IMG/VR virus record: IMGVR_UViG_2534681697_000013
Source: a virus
Taxonomy: Duplodnaviria; Heunggongvirae; Uroviricota; Caudoviricetes
Direction: 5' to 3' (one strand)
DNA: 20,597 nt
Position 1 is the stretch's first letter, and every line of letters starts with the position of its first letter. Position numbers and translations under genes: made by a program. Below are positions 1 through 10,498 of the stretch, piece after piece. The notes beneath the pieces are model-generated. The model saw only the letters and a list, made by a program, of their open reading frames with translations, had not been told where the DNA came from and did no database searches.

Positions 1-291
1 TCCAGCCAGGGACTATTGAGTACGAACGCCATCGACTTACGCGTGCGCAGGCCGACGCACAGGAGCTGAAAAATGCCAGAGACTCCGCTGAAGTGGTGGA
101 AACCGCATTCTGTACTTTCGTGCTGTAGCGGATCGCAGGTGAAATTGCCAGTATTCTCGACGGGATCCCCCTGTCGGTGCAGCGGCGTTTTCCGGAACTG
201 GAAAACCGACATGTTGATTTCCTGAAACGGGATATCATCAAAGCCATGAACAAAGCAGCCGCGCTGGATGAACTGATACCGGGGTTGCTGA

Positions 292-317
<26 letters not shown>
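1..317 (+). pseudogene. nu1: Terminase small subunit gpNu1, 3' portion (5' end outside window), with in-frame TAG at 126..128
   Basis: Frame ending at TAA 315..317 reads [103 protein letters not shown], recognisably the lambda Nu1 C-terminus. Its 3' end overlaps the start of A as in lambda. Confidence 0.8.
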
Positions 318-3298
<2,981 letters not shown>

Positions 3299-3374
3299 AA
3301 CCCTTGCTGCGTCTGGAATGTCGTTTTCCATGCTTTTGATGACCGTTCATCACCCTTCCAGTTTTTCGCGGTTT

Positions 3375-3428
3375 TGTGTATTGCAATGTGTATTGCAAAT
3401 TGGCGATCGGGATGGGTGTGTATTGCAA
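3375..3428 (+). repeat. Three direct copies of TGTGTATTGCAA (3375..3386, 3387..3398, 3417..3428); candidate integrase arm-type sites
   Basis: Exact 12-mers between the left junction and the int start; two more copies sit just inside the right junction. Confidence 0.55.
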
Positions 3429-3446
3429 ATCTCTTGAGGGCTTTTA

Positions 3447-4688
3447 ATGGCTATTGAAAACAAACTCAGTGACAAACTGTTAAAGAGTCTTGTCGGAAAA
3501 CGGCAGGACAAACAAAAAACAATAGCGGATGGGCGCGGGTTGTCTGTGCGTGTAAGCATGGTTGGGGGGATCAGCTTTGTTTTTTACTATCGTCTTGGTG
3601 GCAGGGAATCCCCTCCGGTATGGCTTACACTTGGTCGCTATCCTGACATGTCTCTTGCAACGGCCAGGCGCATGCGTGATCAGTGCCGTGAATGGCTGGC
3701 TGAAAATCTGGACCCCCGCAGGCAAATAAAACTTGCTGCCGAAAAAACTATGCAACCAGTGACCGTAAGGGATGCGCTGTTTTACTGGTACGACAATCAC
3801 GCCACAACAGCCAGAAAAGAGCATGAATATTTAATAAAACGATTTGAAAAGCATATCTTCCCCTATATCGGTGATATGGCTATAGAACAGTGCAAATTAC
3901 ACACATGGCTTACCGTCTTTGACAGGATCAAAAAAAATGCGCCTGTTATGTCTGGTGCAATTTTTCTTGATATCAAACAGGCGTTGCGTTTTTGTCGCGT
4001 CAGGCAATACATCGCGTGCGATCCCTTTGGAGATATTAACGTAAGTTATGTCGGGCGCTCATCCGGTATAAGGGATCGCGTTCTTAATATCAATGAAACC
4101 GCTGATGTATGGTCTTATGCTTACGGTAATAATTTGCTAACTCTGTCATCAATATATAACCGAAGAATAATGGTTATCTGCTTGGTGTTTGGTTGCCGAC
4201 AGCAGGAGGCGAGGCTATCCACCTGGGACGAATGGGATTTAAAAAACTGGGTATGGACAGTCCCAAAAGAGCACAGCAAAAACAAGGAGGCTATAGTAAG
4301 GCCTGTTCCTGACGGAATAAAACAATGGATCGTTAATCTTTACGCAGAAACAAAAAATCGCGGTTATGTTGTCGGTTGTGCTTTGCAAAGGGCGACAATA
4401 ACAGGGGCTGCAAACAGAATATGCAGGCGTCTTGGTCATGATACTAATGGCTTGTGGTGCATACATGATTTCAGGCGCACATTTTCCACTACGCTTAATG
4501 ATATGGGGGCGGATCCTTATATTGTCGAACTTCTTTTAGGTCATAAAGTGAAAGGGGTTGCTGGTGTTTACAATAAAAGCAGGCATATAAAGAAAAAACT
4601 TGAGGTGCTTAATATGTGGGTTAATTACCTTAATACGATAGCAGGATTTAACAACAACGTTATCGAGCTTAATAAAGAGGTGGTGTGA
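3447..4688 (+). CDS. int: Tyrosine recombinase / integrase (P4-type), 413 aa
   Basis: ORF with upstream GAGGG; C-terminal HDFRRTF...LLGHK...GVAGVYNKS is the tyrosine recombinase catalytic region. AT-richer than the flanking lambda genes. Confidence 0.92.
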   Translation: MAIENKLSDKLLKSLVGKRQDKQKTIADGRGLSVRVSMVGGISFVFYYRLGGRESPPVWLTLGRYPDMSLATARRMRDQCREWLAENLDPRRQIKLAAEKTMQPVTVRDALFYWYDNHATTARKEHEYLIKRFEKHIFPYIGDMAIEQCKLHTWLTVFDRIKKNAPVMSGAIFLDIKQALRFCRVRQYIACDPFGDINVSYVGRSSGIRDRVLNINETADVWSYAYGNNLLTLSSIYNRRIMVICLVFGCRQQEARLSTWDEWDLKNWVWTVPKEHSKNKEAIVRPVPDGIKQWIVNLYAETKNRGYVVGCALQRATITGAANRICRRLGHDTNGLWCIHDFRRTFSTTLNDMGADPYIVELLLGHKVKGVAGVYNKSRHIKKKLEVLNMWVNYLNTIAGFNNNVIELNKEVV

Positions 4689-4689
4689 T

Positions 4690-4947
4690 ATGGCAATTTA
4701 TTCTCTTGTTGATGAAAACGATTTGCGCACAATGAAGGACATTGATCGGTTCATTCGTGAAAAAGAGTGCATAGCACTTACCACGCTGGCAAACTCAACA
4801 CGCTGGAAAATGGAGCAGGCAGGTAAATTCCCGCGACGTATCAAGATCGGTGAACGTGCTGCAGGGTATCGACTTTCAGAGGTTCAGGCATGGATCCGTG
4901 GTGAGTGGCATCCTGGATGGAAACCTGGAAAAACAAAACAGCAATAA
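4690..4947 (+). CDS. alpA: AlpA-family wHTH regulator / excisionase-like protein, 85 aa
   Basis: Starts 2 nt after int stop; motif IALTTLANSTRWKMEQAGKFPRRIKIGERAAGYRLSEVQAWI matches the AlpA family. Confidence 0.8.
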   Translation: MAIYSLVDENDLRTMKDIDRFIREKECIALTTLANSTRWKMEQAGKFPRRIKIGERAAGYRLSEVQAWIRGEWHPGWKPGKTKQQ

Positions 4948-4960
4948 CCAGTAAATAATG

Positions 4961-4983
4961 CCCCTCATCACGAGGGGTTTTTT
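4961..4983 (+). terminator. Intrinsic terminator after alpA
   Basis: Stem CCCCTC / GAGGGG with loop ATCAC, followed by TTTTTT. Confidence 0.7.
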
Positions 4984-5003
4984 GTCTATAAGGTAAAAAC
5001 GCG

Positions 5004-5582
5004 ATGAATAAAAATATTGCCGTGACGGGCAAGGGGTACGCTCGTCCAGTGAAAAAATTCTGCGATATTCGTGATCTCGTCGTTCTGCGCTTTGATAGTG
5101 TGAACGTTCGTGTGGTGTATCTGAACGGCGATCCGTGGTTTGTTGCAAAAGATGTTTGTGCTGCGCTGGAACTAACCAATTCGCGTACGGCGTTGCAGAT
5201 GCTTGATGATGATGAAAAGGGAGTAAATTTAACTTACACCCCAGGAGGAAATCAGAATATGAGAATTATCTCTGAGTCAGGTTTCTACAAACTAATAGCC
5301 CGCAGCCGCAAAGCAACGACGCCTGGCACATTTGCTCATCGTTTCAGTAACTGGGTATTCAGAAATGTGATACCAGGTATCAGAAAAACGGGGACTTATG
5401 GTATCCCGTGGGGTGCATTACAGGATTTTTCCCGCCGTAAAGAGCAATATCAAATAAGTGCCAGCGAGAAGGGGAGGGAGCTACAGGCATGTAAGCGCAA
5501 AAAGCGTGAGCTGGAGGAAGAAGAAAAAACGCTGATACGTGAATATCAGCCTGAGTTTTACTTTGGTAACCGCATTCAGTGA
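5004..5582 (+). CDS. Bro-N domain protein (antirepressor-like), 192 aa
   Basis: N-terminus VVYLNGDPWFVAKDVCAALELTNSRTALQMLDDDEKG...GGNQNMRIISESGFYKLIARSRKA matches the Bro-N family; C-terminus is a charged coiled-coil-like tail. Confidence 0.78.
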   Translation: MNKNIAVTGKGYARPVKKFCDIRDLVVLRFDSVNVRVVYLNGDPWFVAKDVCAALELTNSRTALQMLDDDEKGVNLTYTPGGNQNMRIISESGFYKLIARSRKATTPGTFAHRFSNWVFRNVIPGIRKTGTYGIPWGALQDFSRRKEQYQISASEKGRELQACKRKKRELEEEEKTLIREYQPEFYFGNRIQ

Positions 5583-5591
5583 CAAAACAAA

Positions 5592-5612
5592 GGCGACCGC
5601 AAAAGGGTCGCC
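5592..5612. terminator. Hairpin between convergent genes (possible bidirectional terminator)
   Basis: Stem GGCGACC / GGTCGCC, loop GCAAAAG. T-rich tract only on the minus-strand side; none on the plus side. Confidence 0.5.
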
Positions 5613-5678
5613 AGTGGGAACAAGGGAAAACAAAAGCATCACCAACAATGCCACATTTGCGGCTGGTGGGCAATGTGA

Positions 5679-5858
5679 TCAGTCAGATTTGGTTCGTTCC
5701 AAGGTTTGCAACGAGAGCTTTTTCCTGTGCTCTTTAAGGAATTTCTCAAGAGCAAACGAACAAGGTGCGAATCTTTCTGATTCATGTTCATGCGCTATAT
5801 TTTTGCGTCGTCTCTTACGAGTTGGTGATGGTGTTTTGGTTGATTCTGTGTCGCTCAT
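5679..5858 (-). CDS. Small basic hypothetical protein, 59 aa (below the ORF-track size cutoff)
   Basis: Minus ATG at 5858 to TGA at 5679 encodes MSDTESTKTPSPTRKRRRKNIAHEHESERFAPCSFALEKFLKEHRKKLSLQTLERTKSD; weak AGGA upstream; directly downstream of the 101-aa minus ORF. Confidence 0.3.
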   Translation of the reverse strand: MSDTESTKTPSPTRKRRRKNIAHEHESERFAPCSFALEKFLKEHRKKLSLQTLERTKSD

Positions 5859-5915
5859 GGTGCTGTCCTGTAAAGCAATGCGCCTGCGTTCCTCAAACTA
5901 TGGCGCTGATATTGG

Positions 5916-6221
5916 CTATTCATGCTCTTTGACCTTGCGTCGCTGGAGTTCTTCACGCGCGACGGTGACGAGTTGCCCGATCTCCTCGGCTGCTTTGATG
6001 CCGATTTGTTCGACCTTAGCCAGGGCATCCAGTGACGACACAAGGGGATTTTCTCCGCTGCCTTCTGCTTGGCGGCGGGCTATTTCTCCGCGCATGGCGG
6101 TTACGATAAATCCGGCATTGCTTTCACCGTCCAGCTTAACGGATTCCATCCCTTGCATAACATCTAGTGGGACTCTGACAGTTGTCAGTTGTGATTTTGC
6201 GTTTTTGTTAGCCGTTGCCAT
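5916..6221 (-). CDS. Hypothetical protein, 101 aa; possible ribbon-helix-helix-type regulator
   Basis: AGGAG 8 nt upstream of ATG; N-terminal QLTTVRVPLDVMQGMESVK resembles a beta-strand plus helix start. Transcribed divergently from the operator region. Function is inferred. Confidence 0.5.
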   Translation of the reverse strand: MATANKNAKSQLTTVRVPLDVMQGMESVKLDGESNAGFIVTAMRGEIARRQAEGSGENPLVSSLDALAKVEQIGIKAAEEIGQLVTVAREELQRRKVKEHE

Positions 6222-6242
6222 TTCTGAAACTCCTAATCATCG

Positions 6243-6320
6243 GTGTGTTTCAGTATACACAAAAAAAGAAATACAAAAAGCCTTGACGTGTGTTTCATGC
6301 GCTCATAACATGAAACACAC
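6243..6320. promoter_or_regulatory. Divergent promoter region with operator-like repeats (candidate genetic switch)
   Basis: Plus strand: TTGACG (6283..6288), 17 bp, TAACAT (6306..6311). Perfect 12-bp inverted repeat GTGTGTTTCATG (6288..6299) / CATGAAACACAC (6309..6320), plus a third half-site GTGTGTTTCA at 6243..6252 over a minus-strand TATACT -10 candidate (6252..6257). Confidence 0.5.
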
Positions 6321-6348
6321 CGAAAGGATTGTTGAAATACAAAGAGCA

Positions 6349-6382
6349 ACGCCCCGCAGTGCTGGGAACACATACGGGGCGT
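6349..6382 (+). other. Stem-loop in the 5' leader of the rightward operon
   Basis: 8-bp stem ACGCCCCG / CGGGGCGT with an 18-nt loop, no T tract after it; lies between the promoter and the first ORF. Confidence 0.35.
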
Positions 6383-6411
6383 CTAACCAACAACGTAAAC
6401 TAGGAGCCGTT

Positions 6412-6609
6412 ATGGTTGCTGTAAATCATATACCACACCTTGTACACACACAAACGGCCTTTGTGTGGCGTTTTCTGGCACTGAGTGCCGGAGAATCTCA
6501 AATCATCCACGTAACCGCCTGGACGGAACGCGAAGCGCGTAGCCGTTGCCCGTCCGGTTGTGTTGCTGTATTCGCTGCAAAAATCCGCCAGGGAGTGAGT
6601 CATGCTTAA
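6412..6609 (+). CDS. Hypothetical small protein, 65 aa
   Basis: AGGAG 5 nt upstream of ATG 6412; stop overlaps the next ORF start at 6602. It is the C-terminal frame of the otherwise implausible track ORF 5539..6609. Confidence 0.4.
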   Translation: MVAVNHIPHLVHTQTAFVWRFLALSAGESQIIHVTAWTEREARSRCPSGCVAVFAAKIRQGVSHA

Positions 6610-6787
6610 AACCTTCCGTGTATTTGCCCGAGCTGTTAACCCAATAGGCCACACAATTGGTATCGCTCAGAATGTGAAGGCTGTTAATGTTCAGACGGCT
6701 ATTGCTGCGGTGAGAAGCGAATCATCAGAATATGGCTTATCACAAGTCATTATTTCAGCAGTGTATGAATTAAAAGAGGTGCATTAA
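6602..6787 (+). CDS. Hypothetical protein, 61 aa
   Basis: GGAGTGAG upstream of ATG; overlapping, translationally coupled operon layout. Confidence 0.45.
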   Translation: MLKTFRVFARAVNPIGHTIGIAQNVKAVNVQTAIAAVRSESSEYGLSQVIISAVYELKEVH

Positions 6788-6978
6788 TGCAGGAAATTAC
6801 ATTACACGAAGCCGCTGAACGTGCGCACCAGACAGAAATTATTTGCCGCCTTCTTGAGGTATACCCGAACAAAATTACAGATGCTGATATATCCGCACTG
6901 GCGAGCCTACTGGCGCGTCTTTCGGGAAGTGTCGCTAGTTTTTTGATTGAGGAAGAAAGTAAGCTGGTGGGGGATTAA
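6787..6978 (+). CDS. Hypothetical protein, 63 aa
   Basis: AGAGGTG upstream of ATG; start overlaps the preceding ORF end. Confidence 0.45.
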   Translation: MQEITLHEAAERAHQTEIICRLLEVYPNKITDADISALASLLARLSGSVASFLIEEESKLVGD

Positions 6979-7200
6979 ATGAATACAGAACGGGAAGTCT
7001 TTTTTAAATTGTTAGCATGTGCAGAAAGTTCATTAACTTTAAATAATTCAGCAAAAGCAATATTAAATATGTGGCTTGATTGCATAAATGACAATGAAGA
7101 TGCAAATATTGCTTATGGCCTGTTGTCACTTATTGATGAATCAGCAGAAAAACTCAATGACGCAATAAATAGTGCCCTGCTATCAAATAAGTCGAGTTAA
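6979..7200 (+). CDS. Hypothetical protein, 73 aa (AT-rich gene)
   Basis: Starts right after the previous stop with GGGGGA upstream; markedly lower GC than its neighbours. Confidence 0.5.
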   Translation: MNTEREVFFKLLACAESSLTLNNSAKAILNMWLDCINDNEDANIAYGLLSLIDESAEKLNDAINSALLSNKSS

Positions 7201-7217
7201 GTCGAGGAATAAATAAT

Positions 7218-7517
7218 ATGGAAATGAAAAATTCTGGCTTTATTGCCAGCGGCCCCGCTCGACCTGAATTTATGAACGGCGATATTTACCGCGATAAATA
7301 CGGCGGCACGGTAACGATTAAAGGCGTGGCAGAACGGCGCATCACTTACCGCCGTGAGGGGTATAGCTATGACTGCGTGATGCCTGTTTATCAGTTCCGG
7401 CGTGATTTTTCCCTGGTATATGCCGCACCCCGCAGTAAGCCCATCAGCAGGGAAAAAGCGTGGGGAAATATCCAGAAAATGAAAACCATGATTAACGGAT
7501 TCAGAGGTAAAAAATGA
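7218..7517 (+). CDS. Hypothetical protein, 99 aa
   Basis: GAGGAA upstream of ATG; stop overlaps the primase start. Confidence 0.55.
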   Translation: MEMKNSGFIASGPARPEFMNGDIYRDKYGGTVTIKGVAERRITYRREGYSYDCVMPVYQFRRDFSLVYAAPRSKPISREKAWGNIQKMKTMINGFRGKK

Positions 7518-9268
7518 AACTGGCACCGAACGTAAAACAGCAGTCACGCGGCATAAAACACAAAGGAACAGAAGTAATTATTTTTGCGGGTAGTGATGCC
7601 TGGGCACACGCGAAACAATGGCAGGAACATGATGCGCGTATGGCCGGAGATAATGAGCCTCCTGTGTGGCTTGGGGAGCAGCAGCTATCCGAACTGGATA
7701 ATCTGCAAATTGTGCCGGAAGGCCGAAAATCAGCACGCATATACAGGGCCGGATATCTTGCGCCTGTAATGATAAAGGCGATTGGTCAGAAGCTGGCGGC
7801 AGCAGGCGTACAGGATGCAAATTTTTATCCTGAGGGTATGCACGGCCAGGAGGTGCAGAACTGGCGCGAATATCTGGCCCGTGAACGCCAGAATCTTTCT
7901 GATGGTCTGGTCATTGAGCTTCCGGTAAAGCAAAAGGCGCAACTTTCGCAGATGGCGGACAGTGAGCGCGCGCAGTTGCTTGCCGATCGCTTTGATGGCG
8001 TTTGCGTACATCCTGAAAGTGAAATCGTTCACGTATGGCGCGGCGGGGTATGGTGTCCGGTCAGCACAATGGAACTTAGCCGCGAAATGGTGGCGATCTA
8101 TTCAGAGCACAGGGCCACTTTCAGCAAGCGCGTAATCAATAACGCCGTGGAAGCGTTAAAAGTTATTGCCGAACCAATGGGCGAGCCGTCTGGCGATTTG
8201 CTGCCGTTCGCCAATGGTGCGCTTGACCTGAAAACGGGGGAATTTTCCCCGCACACGCCGGAGAACTGGATCACCACGCACAACGGCATTGAGTACACGC
8301 CACCAGCACCAGGGGAGAACATCCGCGATAACGCGCCAAACTTTCATAAATGGCTTGAGCACGCAGCCGGAAAAGACCCGCGCAAGATGATGCGTATATG
8401 TGCCGCGCTGTACATGATTATGGCGAACCGGTACGACTGGCAGATGTTTATTGAGGCCACCGGAGACGGCGGGAGCGGTAAAAGTACATTCACACACATA
8501 GCCAGCCTTCTGGCAGGGAAACAGAACACGGTAAGCGCTGAAATGACATCGCTTGATGATGCTGGTGGACGTGCGCAGGTTGTCGGGAGTCGTCTTATCG
8601 TCCTGGCTGACCAGCCGAAATATACAGGCGAAGGAACGGGCATCAAGAAAATCACAGGCGGCGACCCCGTGGAAATTAACCCGAAATATGAAAAGCGTTT
8701 CACGGCGGTAATCAGGGCGGTGGTGCTGGCGACCAACAACAACCCGATGATATTCACCGAACGGGCCGGAGGTGTGGCACGTCGTCGCGTGATTTTCCGT
8801 TTCGACAATATCGTCAGTGAGGCCGAAAAAGACAGGGAGCTACCGGAAAAGATTGCGGCTGAAATCCCCGTTATTATCCGCCGATTGCTGGCGAACTTTA
8901 CCGACCCTGAGAAGGCACGGGCTTTACTACTGGAACAGCGTGACGGTGATGAAGCACTGGCAATAAAGCAACAGACGGATCCGGTTATTGAGTTTTGCCA
9001 GTTCCTGAATTTTCTGGAGGAAGCGCGCGGCCTGATGATGGGTGGCGGTGGTGATTCAGTGAAGTACACGACCAGGAACAGCCTTTACCGCGTCTATCTG
9101 GCGTTTATGGCATACGCGGGCAGGAGCAAACCGCTAAACGTGGCTGAGTTCAGCAAGGCCATGAAGCCAGCGGCGAAAGTTTACGGGCATGAATATATTA
9201 CGCGAAAAGTTAAGGGAGTAACGCAGACCAACGCAATTACAACAGACGATTGCGACGCGTTTTTATAA
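7514..9268 (+). CDS. Primase-helicase (P4 alpha-type), 584 aa
   Basis: Walker A GDGGSGKST and downstream helicase-like region; last gene of the small-ORF operon and followed directly by iterons. Confidence 0.88.
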   Translation: MKLAPNVKQQSRGIKHKGTEVIIFAGSDAWAHAKQWQEHDARMAGDNEPPVWLGEQQLSELDNLQIVPEGRKSARIYRAGYLAPVMIKAIGQKLAAAGVQDANFYPEGMHGQEVQNWREYLARERQNLSDGLVIELPVKQKAQLSQMADSERAQLLADRFDGVCVHPESEIVHVWRGGVWCPVSTMELSREMVAIYSEHRATFSKRVINNAVEALKVIAEPMGEPSGDLLPFANGALDLKTGEFSPHTPENWITTHNGIEYTPPAPGENIRDNAPNFHKWLEHAAGKDPRKMMRICAALYMIMANRYDWQMFIEATGDGGSGKSTFTHIASLLAGKQNTVSAEMTSLDDAGGRAQVVGSRLIVLADQPKYTGEGTGIKKITGGDPVEINPKYEKRFTAVIRAVVLATNNNPMIFTERAGGVARRRVIFRFDNIVSEAEKDRELPEKIAAEIPVIIRRLLANFTDPEKARALLLEQRDGDEALAIKQQTDPVIEFCQFLNFLEEARGLMMGGGGDSVKYTTRNSLYRVYLAFMAYAGRSKPLNVAEFSKAMKPAAKVYGHEYITRKVKGVTQTNAITTDDCDAFL

Positions 9269-9281
9269 TTTTTTGTAAAAG

Positions 9282-9503
9282 CCATCTACCCCATCTACCT
9301 GAACGAAATAAACGCATATTATTCAACATGATAAGTGGGTATAGGGCTAGGTAGAAGGCTAATAAAAGCTCTCTACCTCTTCTACCTGATTTTATCAGTT
9401 TCAGGTAGCAGGGTAGACGGCAGGTAGAGGAGTCAAAAAAGCTATCTACCCGCTGAAAGCGGCGCCATTACTGACATGATGAGCATTCGGGTAGATGGGT
9501 AGA
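9282..9503. repeat. Iteron cluster with AT-rich core; candidate replication origin
   Basis: (C)CATCTACC-type repeats on the plus strand at 9284, 9293, 9371, 9381, 9444 and inverted GGTAGA copies at 9350, 9404, 9412, 9423, 9490, 9498; terminal blocks CCATCTACCCCATCTACC and GGGTAGATGGGTAGAGG mirror each other; AT-rich stretch around 9300..9345. Confidence 0.6.
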
Positions 9504-9553
9504 GGGGGGGAGGCACAACTAAAAACTTTTTAAACGAGGGGGGGTGAAAATAA

Positions 9554-9868
9554 ATGCGCATACATAAAAATCACTTAACAAACATGCCAGCCGAAAACAT
9601 GAATCAGGGGCGACAAATGACCAAAATTCGCAGAGACAGAACACAGGCAAAATATAAAGCGTTAGACATGACAGAGCTTTCCTTAAAGGTGGCAATCAAA
9701 GCGATAGACCACCACACACGGGCAGGATACGCGAAGGAACATCCCGACCTGATAAGCGCATTCATGACCACAGCAGCGGCAAACTTTGCCACGCTGACAG
9801 AACGGGAGATTGCCGAAGCGGAACAGGTGACAACCATCAATGTTAAAACCGGAGAGCAGACAGCATGA
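9554..9868 (+). CDS. Hypothetical protein, 104 aa (true start may be a downstream Met)
   Basis: ORF after a G-rich Shine-Dalgarno-like tract; stop overlaps the SSB-like gene start (ATGA). Confidence 0.5.
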   Translation: MRIHKNHLTNMPAENMNQGRQMTKIRRDRTQAKYKALDMTELSLKVAIKAIDHHTRAGYAKEHPDLISAFMTTAAANFATLTEREIAEAEQVTTINVKTGEQTA

Positions 9869-10287
9869 CAGCACAGATAGCGGCTTACGGGCGGCTGGTG
9901 GCTGACCCGCAGTTAAAGACCACCAGCAAAGGGACACAAATGGCGATGGCGAGTATGGCGGTTCCCCTGCCGTGCAGCCAGGCAGATGACGGAACGGCGA
10001 CGATGTGGTTATCCGTCCTGGCGTTTGGCAGACAGGCCGACGCACTGGCAAAACACCACAAAGGCGAACTGGTGAGCGTGGCGGGTAACATGCAGGTAAG
10101 CCAGTGGACAGGCCAGAACGGCGAAACGCGGCGGGGCTGGCAGGTTATCGCAGACAGCGTAATCAGTGCGCGAACGGCGCGACCGGGCGGCAAAAAAGGC
10201 CAGCAGGGGCAGGCCACTGACGCACTGAACAGGGCAAAACAACAGTCGGGGAATGATGATCCGTACGGCGATAATATACCGTTTTAA
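9865..10287 (+). CDS. ssb: Single-stranded DNA-binding protein-like, 140 aa
   Basis: OB-fold-like core WLSVLAFGRQADALAKHHKGELVSVAGNMQVSQWTGQNGETRRGWQVIADSV, Gly/Gln-rich linker and a C-terminal ...DDPYGDNIPF tail resembling the SSB DDDIPF tip. Confidence 0.7.
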   Translation: MTAQIAAYGRLVADPQLKTTSKGTQMAMASMAVPLPCSQADDGTATMWLSVLAFGRQADALAKHHKGELVSVAGNMQVSQWTGQNGETRRGWQVIADSVISARTARPGGKKGQQGQATDALNRAKQQSGNDDPYGDNIPF

Positions 10288-10304
10288 ATTCTGCAAACAA
10301 AAAG

Positions 10305-10333
10305 ATGCCGGAAAAAAATAGATTTTCCGGCAT
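10305..10333. terminator. Strong hairpin after the SSB-like gene (putative terminator)
   Basis: Perfect 11-bp stem ATGCCGGAAAA / TTTTCCGGCAT with a 7-nt loop; no clear T tract after it, so terminator function is uncertain. Confidence 0.4.
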
Positions 10334-10498
10334 GCTACATAAATCCCGACCAAAGGAAGTAAATACATTAACACGAATTATCAGCACTGAAGTTGTTACG
10401 GCATATTTTATACAACATTGCACTTGGTTGCATGTGTTCGCATAGCAGACATCGGTAATAGAATATATTCACAATTATTTGTAATGAATGTAAAGAGG

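Noticed and set aside
166-171. GGATCC in nu1 (and at 13941..13946) as a sign of an engineered lambda vector
   Set aside because: Rests on a single-base difference from recalled lambda sequence; the second site is part of a natural-looking palindrome. Natural variation cannot be excluded.
5539-6609. 356-aa plus-strand ORF in the six-frame track
   Set aside because: Ser/Ala/Cys-rich low-complexity translation running antisense through the minus-strand genes and across the promoter/operator region, with no ribosome-binding site at its start. Only its last 65 codons (6412..6609) are kept as a possible small gene.
8344-9069. 241-aa minus-strand ORF
   Set aside because: Lies entirely inside the primase-helicase gene on the opposite strand; Ser/Arg-rich antisense-type composition.
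9282-9503. Possible CRISPR or REP-type repeat
   Set aside because: Short 6 to 9-bp motifs in both orientations around an AT-rich core next to a primase gene fit an iteron origin, not a spacer-repeat array.
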